Positions 8,066 through 18,708 of a DNA stretch of 64,000 nt are shown here, piece by piece. Source of the DNA: an uncultured Erysipelotrichaceae bacterium (GTDB taxonomy: Bacteria; Bacillota_I; Bacilli_A; RFN20; CAG-826); the NCBI GenBank assembly GCA_900315885.1, contig ONAT01000001.1:10988-74987 (forward strand), read 5' to 3'. The position numbers and the translations under genes were made by a program. The notes below the pieces were generated by a model. That model had not been told where the DNA came from. It searched no databases and worked only from the letters and a program-made list of their open reading frames with translations. Each line of letters opens with the position of its first letter. Position 1 is the first letter of the stretch.

Positions 8066-10168
8066 ATGAAATTAGTAATCGTTGAATCTCCAACTAAGTG
8101 TCACACAATTGGAAGATATCTAGGTGAAGATTACAAAGTTGTAGCATCGTTAGGACATGTCAGAGATTTATCTATTAAAGGAAAAAGTGGTTTAGGTATT
8201 GATGTAGAAAATGGGTTTAAACCTACTTATGAAATTCAACCTAAACAAGCTAAAGTTGTTAAAGAATTAATTAAAGATGCTAAAAGTGCCGATGAAGTTA
8301 TTATCGCAACCGACCCTGATCGTGAAGGAGAGGCAATTGGCTGGCATCTTATTGAGATTTTAGGATTAGATCTTAAAACAACTAAAAGATTAGAATTCCA
8401 TGAAATCACTAGAACTGCAATTGCCGAAGCACTAAATAGTCCACGTCACATTGATATGAATTTAGTAGCGTCGCAAGAAACACGTAGAATTTTAGATCGT
8501 ATTATTGGTTTTAAATTGTCCACTCTTTTACAAAGCAAGATAAAATCTCGTTCGGCAGGAAGAGTGCAATCATCATCATTAAAACTTATTGTTGATCAAG
8601 AAAAAGAAATCAATAGTTTTATTCCTGAAGAATATTGGACAATTGAGACAAGTCTTACTAATGGTAAAAAGAAAATTCAGGCTTCTCTAGATGGCTCATA
8701 TAAAATTAAAAATGAACAAGAAGCACTTGATTTAGAAAATCAAATAAGTGACATCGCAAAAGTTATCGAAATACAAAAAACACGTCGTGTTACGGAATCA
8801 AAGCCAGCATTTACAACTTCAACAATGCAACAAGAGGCATTTAATCGTTATAAATTCTCAACAAAAAAGACATCTATTATTGCTCAAAAGCTTTATGAAG
8901 GTGTACAAGTTGATACCGAAGTCGTTGGTTTAATTACTTATATGCGTACAGATTCCACTCGTTTAGCACCTGTTTTTGTAGAGAAAGCGAAGAATTATAT
9001 TTTAGAGCACTATGGCCAAGCTTATGTTGGAAAAACTAAAACATCAAAATCAAAAGCAGTAATTCAAGACGCTCACGAAGCAATTCGCCCAACATCTTTA
9101 CATAGAACTCCAGAATCTATTAAGCAATATTTAAGTAATGATGAATATAAACTTTACAGTTTGATATATAATCGTGCTTTAGCATCGCTCATGAGTGCAC
9201 GAATTGATGAAATCACTTCCGTTAAGTTTGAATCAAATGGCGTAATCTTAAAAGCAAGTGGGGTAGCAAAAATCTTTGATGGTTATAGTTATATTCTTGG
9301 AAGTAAAGATAAAGAAGAAATTAAAGAATTACCAATTATTGAAGAAAACGAAGTATTTAATGTAGCAAAAATTGAAAAAGAACAACACTTCACTAAAGCA
9401 CCCGCAAGATTTAGCGAAGCTAAGTTAGTTAAAACAATGGAAGAAGTAGGTATTGGTCGTCCATCCACTTATGCTTCTACGATTGAAATTTTAAAAGCTC
9501 GTAAATATGTTAGTGTTGATTCAGGAACCTTAACTCCAACAGAGCAAGGTTTAAAAACAGATACAGTATTAGAAGAATATTTCCCATCTCTAGTAGACCC
9601 ATCCTTTACTGCTGACATGGAGAAAAATTTAGATAACATTGTGGCGGGTAGTGAATCTCGTCTTCAATTATTAGAGAATTTCTATAAAAACTTTATGGAA
9701 AAATACGATTACGCTAAAGAGCATATGGAAAAAACAAAAGATGAACCATCGGGGAATATTTGCCCAAGATGTGGATCGCCTTTGGTTTATAAAAATTCAC
9801 GTTATGGAAGATTTGAGGCATGTTCAAATTATCCACATTGCCATTACATTGTGCCAAAAGCCAAGGCAGAAATTCCTAGTGACGCTCCGATATGCCCAGA
9901 ATGTGGAGCACCACTCGTATTAAGAAAAAATAAAAAAGGACAATCTTTCTATGGTTGTAGTAATTTTCCAAAATGTCATTATGTCAAAGGTGAAAATGAT
10001 GCAGCCCCAAAGAAAGAAGAAGAACCACCTGTTGTAGTAGGTAACTGTCCAGAATGTGGTGGGGATTTAATTATTAAAAAAGGTAAATATTCAAAATTTA
10101 TTGGTTGTAGTAATTTCCCGAAGTGTCATCACATGGAAAAATGTTCAAGCAAAGAGACTAAAAAATAG
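8066..10168 (+). CDS. topA: DNA topoisomerase I with three C-terminal C4 zinc ribbons
   Basis: MKLVIVESPTK TOPRIM, DPDREGE, YMRTDS active-site Tyr region, and three CPxCG...C..C modules. Confidence 0.95.
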   Translation: MKLVIVESPTKCHTIGRYLGEDYKVVASLGHVRDLSIKGKSGLGIDVENGFKPTYEIQPKQAKVVKELIKDAKSADEVIIATDPDREGEAIGWHLIEILGLDLKTTKRLEFHEITRTAIAEALNSPRHIDMNLVASQETRRILDRIIGFKLSTLLQSKIKSRSAGRVQSSSLKLIVDQEKEINSFIPEEYWTIETSLTNGKKKIQASLDGSYKIKNEQEALDLENQISDIAKVIEIQKTRRVTESKPAFTTSTMQQEAFNRYKFSTKKTSIIAQKLYEGVQVDTEVVGLITYMRTDSTRLAPVFVEKAKNYILEHYGQAYVGKTKTSKSKAVIQDAHEAIRPTSLHRTPESIKQYLSNDEYKLYSLIYNRALASLMSARIDEITSVKFESNGVILKASGVAKIFDGYSYILGSKDKEEIKELPIIEENEVFNVAKIEKEQHFTKAPARFSEAKLVKTMEEVGIGRPSTYASTIEILKARKYVSVDSGTLTPTEQGLKTDTVLEEYFPSLVDPSFTADMEKNLDNIVAGSESRLQLLENFYKNFMEKYDYAKEHMEKTKDEPSGNICPRCGSPLVYKNSRYGRFEACSNYPHCHYIVPKAKAEIPSDAPICPECGAPLVLRKNKKGQSFYGCSNFPKCHYVKGENDAAPKKEEEPPVVVGNCPECGGDLIIKKGKYSKFIGCSNFPKCHHMEKCSSKETKK

Positions 10169-10180
10169 TCTCTTTTTTTC
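10153..10180 (+). terminator. topA terminator (includes the stop codon)
   Basis: AGAGACTA-AAAAA-TAGTCTCT plus a T-run. Confidence 0.75.
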
Positions 10181-10245
10181 TTTTTGCAATAAAGGTTATG
10201 CGAAGTTGTTTATGTTGTTGTATAATAAAAAAGGTGATTTTAGAT

Positions 10246-11535
10246 ATGAAAAAAGTTATTGTTGTTGGCGCTGGTTTAGCAGGTGTTGAAGCAACTTATT
10301 ACCTTATTAACAAAGGAATTGAAGTAGATTTATATGAGCAAAGGCCAAAGGCTAATACAGGAGCACATCATACGAGTTATTTTGCAGAACTAGTGTGCTC
10401 TAATTCTTTGAAATCAAATAATTTAGATAATGCATGTGGACTTTTAAAAGAAGAAATGCGCCATATGAATAGTCTTACGATGAAAATAGCTGAGATGACT
10501 AAGGTGCCAGCTGGTAATGCTTTAGCGGTGGATCGTGATTTATTTGCTAAAAAAATCACAGATATAATTATGAGCTCGCCTCTAGTTCATTTTCATAATG
10601 AAGAATACGCGGATTTTGATAACAAAGAAGCCTTTATAATTATTGCAACAGGACCATTATCAAGCAAAAAAATATTAGAAGGATTAGAAAATATTACAGG
10701 TGATAAGATGTTTTCATTTTTTGATGCATGTGCACCTATTATTGAAAAAAGCAGTATTGATTTTGATAAAGCATATTTTAAATCCCGCTACGAACAAGGC
10801 GATAATAGTTACATAAATTGTGCAATGAATAAAGAAGAATATGATGTTTTTTATCATGAATTAGTCAATGCCGAATTAGCAGAACTACATGAATTTGATA
10901 AAAAATATTTTGAAGGCTGTATGCCAATTGAAGCAATGGCAAAAAGAGGAGAAAAAACATTAAGATATGGTCCTTTAAAACCAATGGGATTACGTCGCAC
11001 TGTTGATGATAAGCCATACGCAGTTGTGCAGTTAAGACAAGATAACGTGGTCGGAACTTTGTATAATATGGTGGGTTTCCAAACAAACTTAACATACAAA
11101 GAACAAAAGCGTGTTTTTTCACTTATTCCTGGTCTTGAACACGCTGAATTTGTGCGTTATGGATTGATGCATAGGAATTCTTATATTTGTGCACCAAAAC
11201 ATTTAAATGGGGATTTGTCCTTAAAAAAGAATGATAATATTTTTATTGCTGGTCAATTATCCGGCGTTGAAGGATATGTTGAAAGTGCGGCAACAGGAAT
11301 ATATGTTGCTATTAACGTTTATCGTAAATTGCAAGGCTTAGATGCATCGATGCCACCTATTAATACAATGCTTGGGGCAATCTTAAATTACTTACGTTTA
11401 TGTTCGCCTTCAATGTTTTCACCAATGAATGCAAATTATGGAATATTAAAAAGAGATAACAAAAAAGATAAATTAGAAGTGAGCAAAGAAGCACTTGAAT
11501 CAATAGATAAATGGCTAGGTGATATCAATGAGTGA
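10246..11535 (+). CDS. trmFO: Methylenetetrahydrofolate--tRNA-(uracil54-C5)-methyltransferase TrmFO (Gid)
   Basis: MKKVIVVGAGLAGVEA FAD motif, SNSLK, and topA-trmFO-xerC synteny. ATG 10246 follows AAAGGTGA. Confidence 0.9.
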   Translation: MKKVIVVGAGLAGVEATYYLINKGIEVDLYEQRPKANTGAHHTSYFAELVCSNSLKSNNLDNACGLLKEEMRHMNSLTMKIAEMTKVPAGNALAVDRDLFAKKITDIIMSSPLVHFHNEEYADFDNKEAFIIIATGPLSSKKILEGLENITGDKMFSFFDACAPIIEKSSIDFDKAYFKSRYEQGDNSYINCAMNKEEYDVFYHELVNAELAELHEFDKKYFEGCMPIEAMAKRGEKTLRYGPLKPMGLRRTVDDKPYAVVQLRQDNVVGTLYNMVGFQTNLTYKEQKRVFSLIPGLEHAEFVRYGLMHRNSYICAPKHLNGDLSLKKNDNIFIAGQLSGVEGYVESAATGIYVAINVYRKLQGLDASMPPINTMLGAILNYLRLCSPSMFSPMNANYGILKRDNKKDKLEVSKEALESIDKWLGDINE

Positions 11536-12436
11536 TGAGATTTCTCTTTACCAAGAGTATTTGCGCCTTGAGAAAAGATATTCAGAAAGAACCATTGAAA
11601 GTTACACGGAAGATATAAAGAAATTTTATGATTATGTCATTTCTAAAGGTTGGAATCCATTAAAGGTAAATACAAGTATTATAAGAAGTTTTTTAAGCTA
11701 TGAAAGACTAAATGATATCTCAAAAAAGACGATAAAACGACGTCTAAGCGGACTTCGTAGTTTTTATGGTTTCTTACAAGAAAATGAATATGTAAAATAT
11801 AATCCTTTCTTATCAATTACATCACCAAAACCAGATATAACTTATCCTAAAGTTTTGTTTGAAGACGAAGTAGAAAAGTTATTAAAAGCAAATTCTCAAC
11901 GAACTGATAATTTGAAAGATAGAGATCAAGCCATTCTTGAATTACTTTACGCTTCTGGTCTTCGTGGTTCTGAATTAGTAAATCTTGAATTAAGTTCAAT
12001 TGATTTTCGAAATCGTATCATTAAAGTCTTTGGTAAAGGCTCAAAAGAAAGACTTGTTCCGTTTTCTTTGGAAGCTAAGACGTCAATTGAAAAATACGTC
12101 AATGGATTAAGAAAACAATTGTTACTTGCGTCAAAAGATGAAGAATTACCAACCGTGTTATTTTTAAATAACAAAGGCGAAAAAATGACTTTGCGAGGTC
12201 TTGAATATATTTTAAAGAAAATCGAAGAAAAGACTGGAATATTTGTTGATTTACATCCTCATATGATGCGTCATACTTTTGCCACGCACTTGCTAGAACA
12301 TGGCGCAGATTTACGTACGATTCAAGAAATATTGGGCCATGCTTCAATATCTACAACACAGGTATACACTCACGTCACTACCGAGGCAATGAAATCAGAA
12401 TATATGGAATCACATCCGAGGGCTAGAAAAAAATAA
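11528..12436 (+). CDS. xerC: Tyrosine recombinase XerC (CodV-type, chromosome dimer resolution)
   Basis: Catalytic motifs are present (ASGLRGSEL; HMMRHTFATHLL; LGHASISTTQVYTHV). The gene sits in the topA-trmFO-xerC core context. Confidence 0.88.
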   Translation: MSDEISLYQEYLRLEKRYSERTIESYTEDIKKFYDYVISKGWNPLKVNTSIIRSFLSYERLNDISKKTIKRRLSGLRSFYGFLQENEYVKYNPFLSITSPKPDITYPKVLFEDEVEKLLKANSQRTDNLKDRDQAILELLYASGLRGSELVNLELSSIDFRNRIIKVFGKGSKERLVPFSLEAKTSIEKYVNGLRKQLLLASKDEELPTVLFLNNKGEKMTLRGLEYILKKIEEKTGIFVDLHPHMMRHTFATHLLEHGADLRTIQEILGHASISTTQVYTHVTTEAMKSEYMESHPRARKK

Positions 12437-12455
12437 TCATGGGACAAAAAAACAA

Positions 12456-12484
12456 TTGCATAGTAATACTTACTATGATAAAAT
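12456..12484 (+). promoter_or_regulatory. SigmaA-type promoter for rpsB-tsf
   Basis: TTGCAT-17 nt-TAAAAT with TGa extended -10. Confidence 0.6.
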
Positions 12485-12614
12485 AAATAGGCCTGAAATT
12501 TTAGGACTACACACATCATGGATTCATCTTTCGTGTCTCAATGCACACGGGTGCGAATATTGAGGAAGGATGTTCGAAGTGGTGGAGGAAAAAAACAAAA
12601 GGGAGGATTCACAC

Positions 12615-13553
12615 ATGAGTGAAGAAAAGGAAGTTCTCGTTGAAGAGACAAATGTTATGGAACAAGCAATGCCTGAAGAAGGTACACCTGTCATAACAAT
12701 GAAAAAACTTCTTGAAGCTGGTGCACATTTTGGTCACCCAACAAGAAGATGGAACCCAAAGATGAAAAAATACATTTTTGGTTCAAGAAATGGAGTATAC
12801 ATTATCGATCTCCAAAAGACTGCTGCTAAGATTGAAGAAGCTTATGCTGCTTTAAAGAAAATCGTTGAAGAAGGCGGAAAAGTATTATTCGTCGGAACAA
12901 GAAAGCAAGTCCAAGAAGAAGTTGTTGAAGAAGCAAACCGTTCAGGTTCTTTCTACATCACAAATCGTTGGTTAGGCGGAACATTAACAAACTTCAAGAC
13001 AATCACAAATTCAATCCGTCATTTAAAAGAATTAGAAAAAATGGCTGATGATGGCACATTTGATGCTTTACCTAAGAAAGAAGTTGCTCTTTTAAAGAAA
13101 GAACAAGATCGTTTAACAAAGAACTTAGAAGGTATTAAAGAAATGCGTAAAGTACCTAACGCAATTATCGTTGTAGACCCACGTATGGAACACAATGCAG
13201 TTGCTGAAGGTCGTAAATTAGGAATCCCTGTCTTCGGTATCTGTGATACAAACGCTGATCCAGAAGAAGTAGACTATCCAATTCCTGCAAATGATGATGC
13301 AATTCGTTCTGTACATTTAATTCTTGCAGTATTAGCAGATGCAATTGTTGAAGCTAAAGGCGGACAAACAATTATTGCTTATACAAAAGATGAAGATGGC
13401 GCAGAAGTTACTATGAACGATGCTTTAAAAGCAGAAGACAAAGTTGAAGAAGAAAAGGCAGAAGAAGAAAAAGTCGAAGAAAAGCCTGCTCGTAAACCAG
13501 CAAGAAGAAAACCTGCTAAAGAAGAAGCAAAATCAGAAGAAACTAAGGAGTAA
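12615..13553 (+). CDS. rpsB: 30S ribosomal protein S2 with N-terminal acidic and C-terminal Lys/Glu-rich extensions
   Basis: [22 protein letters not shown] core. ATG 12615 follows GGGAGG. The tail is [27 protein letters not shown]. Confidence 0.93.
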   Translation: MSEEKEVLVEETNVMEQAMPEEGTPVITMKKLLEAGAHFGHPTRRWNPKMKKYIFGSRNGVYIIDLQKTAAKIEEAYAALKKIVEEGGKVLFVGTRKQVQEEVVEEANRSGSFYITNRWLGGTLTNFKTITNSIRHLKELEKMADDGTFDALPKKEVALLKKEQDRLTKNLEGIKEMRKVPNAIIVVDPRMEHNAVAEGRKLGIPVFGICDTNADPEEVDYPIPANDDAIRSVHLILAVLADAIVEAKGGQTIIAYTKDEDGAEVTMNDALKAEDKVEEEKAEEEKVEEKPARKPARRKPAKEEAKSEETKE

Positions 13554-13560
13554 TAAAACA

Positions 13561-14439
13561 ATGGCAAAACCTATTATCGAATTAATTAAAGTTTTACGTG
13601 AACGTACTGGTGCAGGAATGATGGACTGCAAAAAGGCTCTTGAAGAGACTGATTGCGACATCGAAAAAGCTTGTGACTGGTTAAGAGAAAAAGGTATTGC
13701 TAAGGCTGCTAAAAAAGCAAGCCGTATTGCTGCAGAAGGTTTAACTTTTGTTAAAGCATGTGATAAATGCGGAAAAGCAATTATTATTGAAGTCAACTGT
13801 GAAACAGACTTCGTTGCTAAATCTGATGCTTTCAAAACTCTTGTTGAAGAAGTTGCACATTTAATTATGCAAAACGACATCAAGACAGTTGAAGAAGCAA
13901 AAGCACATCCTGCAATCGCAGAATTATTCACTAACGCTACTGTTAAAATTGGCGAAAAATTAGATTTACGTCGTTTTGAAATCGTTGCATTAAATGGTGA
14001 AGAAAGCTTTGGCACTTACATCCATATGGGTGGAAAGATTTCTGTTTTAGTTGTTCTTGATAAAGCAGATGAAGCAGCAAAAGGTATTGCAATGCACATC
14101 GCAGCAAACAATCCTTTATACATTAACAAGGAAGACATTCCTGCTGATGTATTAGCACACGAAACTGCAATCCAAATGGAAGCTAGTAAGGCTGATGAAA
14201 AATTAGCTAATAAGCCAGAAGCAGTTGTTAAGAAAATTGTTGAAGGAAAAGTTAACAAGCAATTATCAGAAACAACTTTAGCAGAACAAGACTACTTACT
14301 AGAACCAGGAACAAGTGTTGGCAATTTCTTAAAACAACATAGTATTAAAGTTGTCAAATTTGTACGTTATATGGTTGGCGAAGGCATCGAAAAACGTAAA
14401 GATGATTTTGCTAGCGAAGTAATGAGCCAACTTAAATAA
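13561..14439 (+). CDS. tsf: Elongation factor Ts
   Basis: MAKPIIELIKVLRERTGAGMMDCKKALEE. The upstream part of the track ORF overlaps the rpsB tail in another frame. Confidence 0.95.
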   Translation: MAKPIIELIKVLRERTGAGMMDCKKALEETDCDIEKACDWLREKGIAKAAKKASRIAAEGLTFVKACDKCGKAIIIEVNCETDFVAKSDAFKTLVEEVAHLIMQNDIKTVEEAKAHPAIAELFTNATVKIGEKLDLRRFEIVALNGEESFGTYIHMGGKISVLVVLDKADEAAKGIAMHIAANNPLYINKEDIPADVLAHETAIQMEASKADEKLANKPEAVVKKIVEGKVNKQLSETTLAEQDYLLEPGTSVGNFLKQHSIKVVKFVRYMVGEGIEKRKDDFASEVMSQLK

Positions 14440-14444
14440 TTTAT

Positions 14445-14470
14445 GAACACTCTTTTTGAGTGTTCTTTTC
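14445..14470 (+). terminator. tsf terminator
   Basis: GAACACTC-TTTTT-GAGTGTTC plus TTTT. Confidence 0.8.
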
Positions 14471-14489
14471 ATAAAAGGAGGATACAGGC

Positions 14490-15212
14490 ATGAAAAATTA
14501 TAAACGTGTATTACTAAAATTAAGTGGAGAAGCACTTGCAGATAAAAACAATAAAGTTATCTTAGAGTCATATAGCTTAGACCATGTAGCTGCTTCAATT
14601 AAAATGATGGTTGAAAAAGGTATGCAAGTCGCCATCGTCGTTGGAGCAGGAAATATTTGGAGAGGCAAATTAGCTGAACAAATCGGTATTGAAAGAAGTA
14701 CCGCTGACTATATGGGAATGCTAGGAACAATTATTAATTCTTTAGCATTACAAAGCGCAATTGAAAATGCAGGCATGGATTGTCGAGTTATGAGCGCTAT
14801 TGAAGTTCGTTCAGTAGCGGAACCTTACATCCGTAGAAAAGCAATTAGACATCTTGAAAAAGGACGTGTTGTTGTTTTTGCAGGTGGTACAGGAAACCCA
14901 TATTTTACAACCGATACTTGTGCAACGTTACGTGCAATGGAAATCCAAGCTGATGCTATTTTAATGGCTAAAAATGGTGTTGATGGCGTTTATTCTGCTG
15001 ATCCTCGCGTTTCAAAAGATGCAAAATTCATTAAGAATATTACATTTGCAGAAATGCTTCAAATGAATCTTAAAGTAATGGATCCAACCGCAGTTGCGTT
15101 ACTTCAAGACCATGACATTGAAATTCGTGTCTTCAATATGAATGATGCATCAAATATTGAAAAATTAGTTAATGGTGAAGATGTTGGAACAACCATTAGA
15201 AAGGGAGAATAA
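14490..15212 (+). CDS. pyrH: UMP kinase
   Basis: YKRVLLKLSGEAL, VVGAGNIWRG and FAGGTGNPYFTTD. Confidence 0.95.
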   Translation: MKNYKRVLLKLSGEALADKNNKVILESYSLDHVAASIKMMVEKGMQVAIVVGAGNIWRGKLAEQIGIERSTADYMGMLGTIINSLALQSAIENAGMDCRVMSAIEVRSVAEPYIRRKAIRHLEKGRVVVFAGGTGNPYFTTDTCATLRAMEIQADAILMAKNGVDGVYSADPRVSKDAKFIKNITFAEMLQMNLKVMDPTAVALLQDHDIEIRVFNMNDASNIEKLVNGEDVGTTIRKGE

Positions 15213-15214
15213 AA

Positions 15215-15766
15215 ATGGAACAAGATGAATTAATTCTTGAATGCGCTGAAGAAATGTCTTTAGCAAACGAAAACTTTGAAAAATCATTGAGCACATTACG
15301 TGCTGGAAGAGTTTCTGCCGCAACAATTGCAGATATCAAAGCAGATTATTATGGTGATAAAACACCTATTACTTATATTGCTTCAATTAGTAATTTACAA
15401 GCTAATGTCTTAGTTATTAAGCCGTTTGATCGTAACGATGTAAAAGCAATTGTTACCGCAATTAACGAAGCAAATATTGGCGTTAACCCAATTAATGATG
15501 GTGATTCAATTCGTTTGGTTTTCCCTACATTAACGGAAGATCGTCGTCGCGAATTAGTTAAAACCGCTAAAAAATATGGTGAAGAAGCTAAAGTTGTAAT
15601 TCGTAATATCCGTCGTGATTATAACGACAAGGTAAAGAAAGATAAAGATTTACCAGAAGATATTGCAAAAGGATTAGAGAACGAAATTCAAAAAGCTACA
15701 GATGATGCTGTTAAAGCTATCGATGCTTCAATAGCCAAAAAAGAAAAAGAAATCATGGAGATTTAA
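15215..15766 (+). CDS. frr: Ribosome recycling factor
   Basis: LSTLRAGRVSAATIADIKADYYG...PTLTEDRRRELVK...IRNIRRD. Confidence 0.95.
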   Translation: MEQDELILECAEEMSLANENFEKSLSTLRAGRVSAATIADIKADYYGDKTPITYIASISNLQANVLVIKPFDRNDVKAIVTAINEANIGVNPINDGDSIRLVFPTLTEDRRRELVKTAKKYGEEAKVVIRNIRRDYNDKVKKDKDLPEDIAKGLENEIQKATDDAVKAIDASIAKKEKEIMEI

Positions 15767-15767
15767 G

Positions 15768-15793
15768 AGTCAGCAGTTTGCTGACTTTTTTTA
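15768..15793 (+). terminator. frr terminator
   Basis: AGTCAGCA-GTT-TGCTGACT plus T7. Confidence 0.85.
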
Positions 15794-15866
15794 AAATAAT
15801 TTTTTTACTATTTATATTACTACATAAAATGTATAATATAAATAAAGTCAGGGTGGTGGCCAAAAA

Positions 15867-16598
15867 ATGAAGAAAGAAGAATTTAAACTAACAAAAAAAT
15901 TAGAACACATTGCTTTCATTATGGATGGTAATGGTAGATGGGCGAAAAGAAGATTACTCCCACGTCATTTAGGTCATAAAGAAGGATGCAAACGCGTCAT
16001 AGAAATTGTGCGTGCTTGCGCAGATTTAGGCATTTATTGTGTTAGTCTTTATGCTTTTTCAACAGAAAATTGGTCTAGACCACAAGATGAAATTGATCAC
16101 TTATTTTATTATCTTGATGATTTCTTTAATGATAACATCGCCGAATTCATTGAAAGAGGAGTACGCGTTCATTTAATGGGAGATATAACAAGACTTCCAG
16201 AACATAGTCAAGAAACAATTAGAAAATCAATTGAAATGACAAAAGATTTAAAGAAACACGTCTTTAATATTTGCCTTAATTATGGTGGAAAAGATGAAAT
16301 TACTCGCGCTGCTAAATCTTTAGCGTTAGATGTTAAAAATGGAGTAATTAATTTAGATGATATAAATGAACAAGTTTTTGAGAATCATATGATGTGTGCT
16401 AACTTGCCGCCAGTGGATTTGATGATTAGAACATCAGGTGAGCAAAGAATCTCAAACTATATGCTTTGGGAATTAGCGTACGCGGAAATGATTTTCCCAG
16501 TTACACCTTGGCCAAGTTTTACTAAAAAAGAATTAATCAAGTGTTTAAAGATTTATGAAGGAAGAAATAGAAGATTTGGAGGTTTAAAAAATGAATAA
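15867..16598 (+). CDS. uppS: Undecaprenyl diphosphate synthase
   Basis: HIAFIMDGNGRWAKRR, FSTENWSRP and RTSGEQRISN. Confidence 0.93.
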   Translation: MKKEEFKLTKKLEHIAFIMDGNGRWAKRRLLPRHLGHKEGCKRVIEIVRACADLGIYCVSLYAFSTENWSRPQDEIDHLFYYLDDFFNDNIAEFIERGVRVHLMGDITRLPEHSQETIRKSIEMTKDLKKHVFNICLNYGGKDEITRAAKSLALDVKNGVINLDDINEQVFENHMMCANLPPVDLMIRTSGEQRISNYMLWELAYAEMIFPVTPWPSFTKKELIKCLKIYEGRNRRFGGLKNE

Positions 16599-17556
16599 AT
16601 TAAGTAATGAAACTAAAACCTCTATGGGACAAAGAATTGTTACAGCAATTATTTTAATTGCTATATGTTTACCGTGTTTATTAATAGGACACTGGTTCTT
16701 TGCGATTCTTGTCTTTGTCGCTTCGTTCTTTGCGTGTCATGAATTTATCAATGCACCAAAGAATAAAGCTTATAATTTGTTTTTACATGTGTTTGTCCAT
16801 TTATTAACATATTCGTTTATATTTTGGATTTTAGTAAAAAATAATTTAAATCAATCACAATGGAATTTGAATTTGTGGTCGTTCTCAAATGGTTTTGAAA
16901 CCTTAAATGCTTCAGTTATTGGTATAGCTTTTGCTTTTGTGGTTTTATTCTCAATGACTTTAAATCATGAAAAGTTCAATGTATCTGATGCAACATATTT
17001 ATGTACAATGATGGTATTCATTGGTTTAGCAATACAATCAATTTTATTTTTAAGATATCATCCAGGTTTCTCTTATCCTAAAGAATCATTTTTTGATTTA
17101 AGAAATTCTTTATTACTTATTTATGTGATTTTAGGTACTTGCTTATGTGATGCAGGAGCTTATTTTGCGGGAGTATTATTTGGCAAACACAAAATGAATG
17201 AAAGAATTTCTCCAAAAAAGACTTGGGAAGGATTTGTAGGTGGCGTTATAGTATCTGCTTTATTGAGTTTTACTTTTGCATATGTTATGGCAAAAATTAA
17301 TTATCCATTACTACCAATTTTAGACATAAATCACGTCTATAATATTGTTATTATCTCTTTGATAATACCTTTAACCTCAAATATTGGAGATTTCATTTTC
17401 TCTTCAATTAAAAGAAATTACGGCATTAAAGATTTTGGAACTGTCTTAAAAGGACATGGTGGGGTATTAGATCGTTTAGATTCAATATTAGTTACTTCTT
17501 TAATTGTGGCAATTGTCATAATCTTTATGGAACACGGATGGAGTTTTTTAGCGTAA
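16591..17556 (+). CDS. cdsA: Phosphatidate cytidylyltransferase (long form)
   Basis: Polytopic ORF with C-terminal SPKKTWEG...GDFIFSSIKRNYGIKDFG...GHGGVLDRLDS signature. Confidence 0.88.
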   Translation: MNKLSNETKTSMGQRIVTAIILIAICLPCLLIGHWFFAILVFVASFFACHEFINAPKNKAYNLFLHVFVHLLTYSFIFWILVKNNLNQSQWNLNLWSFSNGFETLNASVIGIAFAFVVLFSMTLNHEKFNVSDATYLCTMMVFIGLAIQSILFLRYHPGFSYPKESFFDLRNSLLLIYVILGTCLCDAGAYFAGVLFGKHKMNERISPKKTWEGFVGGVIVSALLSFTFAYVMAKINYPLLPILDINHVYNIVIISLIIPLTSNIGDFIFSSIKRNYGIKDFGTVLKGHGGVLDRLDSILVTSLIVAIVIIFMEHGWSFLA

Positions 17557-18708
17557 ATGGAAAGATTAATTTTATTAGGAGCTTCAGGTTCAATTGGCTC
17601 ACAAACAATTGACATTATATTGAAACATCCTCGCAAATTCTTCTTGCGTGGCTTTTCGGTTGGTAAAAGAGTAAATGTTATTCACGATATTTTAAAAAAG
17701 TTTAAAGAAGTATCTTTCGTTGTTGTAAAAGAAGAAAAAGACTATCTAGAACTAAAAAAGCAGTACCCGAATATTAGATTTGGTTATGGTGATCAAGGTT
17801 TAATTGATTTAATTAACGAAGTAGATTGTGATTTAGTGGTTAACGCTCTCGTTGGATTTGTGGGCTTTATTCCAACAATCACAGCAATCAAAGCACACAA
17901 AGATGTCGCTTTAGCTAACAAAGAATCTTTGGTTGTTGGAGGAGAAATTGTTAATAAATTACTTAAAGAAAATAATGTTAATTTATATCCAATTGATAGC
18001 GAACATGTCGCATTAGCAAAGTGTCTCCATGGAAATAAAAAAGTTAAAAGATTAATTTTAACAGCATCTGGCGGAAGTTTCCGTGATTTATCAAGAGATG
18101 AATTAACTAATGTAACTGTCGAAGATGCTCTTAAACATCCTTCTTGGAATATGGGAAAGAAAATAACCATTGACTGCGCAACGATGATGAATAAAGGATT
18201 TGAAATTATTGAAGCGTATCATTTATTCCATTATCCATTAGCGCAAATAGATGTATTATTACATGACGAATCACATATTCATTCACTTGTGGAATTTGTC
18301 GATGGTTCTTATCTAGCCGATATTGGACCTGCAGATATGCGTGTTCCAATTGCGTATGCTTTATATCGTAAAAAACGCACTAAAAATACATTTTCCTCTT
18401 TACCATTAGAGGACTTTGGAACATTCCATTTCCGTAAGTTCACTTACGAAAGATATCCGTGCGTGTATTACGCTCGCGAAGCTTTACAAAAAGGATTAAC
18501 TTTTCCAACGGTATTAAATGCTGCAAACGAAGAAGCAGTTTATGCTTTCTTAGATAAAAAAATAGCTTTCTTAGACATTGAAAAGATTATAAAGACAGTG
18601 TTAGATAAACACGTTCCAAATAATCATTTGTCAGTGGAAGAGATTGTTAAGGCGGATAAATGGGCTCGCCTTGAAGCCCAAAAAATTATAAAGGGGGATA
18701 AAAAATGA
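17557..18708 (+). CDS. dxr: 1-deoxy-D-xylulose 5-phosphate reductoisomerase
   Basis: ILLGASGSIGSQTIDI, ANKESLV, PIDSEH and TASGG. Confidence 0.93.
   Translation: MERLILLGASGSIGSQTIDIILKHPRKFFLRGFSVGKRVNVIHDILKKFKEVSFVVVKEEKDYLELKKQYPNIRFGYGDQGLIDLINEVDCDLVVNALVGFVGFIPTITAIKAHKDVALANKESLVVGGEIVNKLLKENNVNLYPIDSEHVALAKCLHGNKKVKRLILTASGGSFRDLSRDELTNVTVEDALKHPSWNMGKKITIDCATMMNKGFEIIEAYHLFHYPLAQIDVLLHDESHIHSLVEFVDGSYLADIGPADMRVPIAYALYRKKRTKNTFSSLPLEDFGTFHFRKFTYERYPCVYYAREALQKGLTFPTVLNAANEEAVYAFLDKKIAFLDIEKIIKTVLDKHVPNNHLSVEEIVKADKWARLEAQKIIKGDKK

Noticed and set aside
11528-12436. Tyrosine recombinase as a marker of a mobile element.
   Set aside because: It is embedded in the conserved topA-trmFO-xerC core arrangement and has XerC/CodV-type motifs. 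There is no adjacent cargo or att-like repeat.
13444-13560. Lys-rich N-terminal extension of the tsf ORF ([13 protein letters not shown]...).
   Set aside because: It overlaps the rpsB tail in another frame and arises from GAA/AAG repeats. Canonical EF-Ts starts at MAKPIIELIK (13561).
13533-14015. Long antisense ORFs from the six-frame track. Examples are 667-1095, 7609-7914, 13533-14015, 14016-14258, 17793-18170, 25800-26204, 28339-28692, 39978-40388, 54110-54736 and 57283-57594.
   Set aside because: Each lies entirely inside, and opposite to, a confidently identified conserved gene. They have low-complexity or odd composition, no SD, and are typical shadow ORFs of AT-rich coding DNA.
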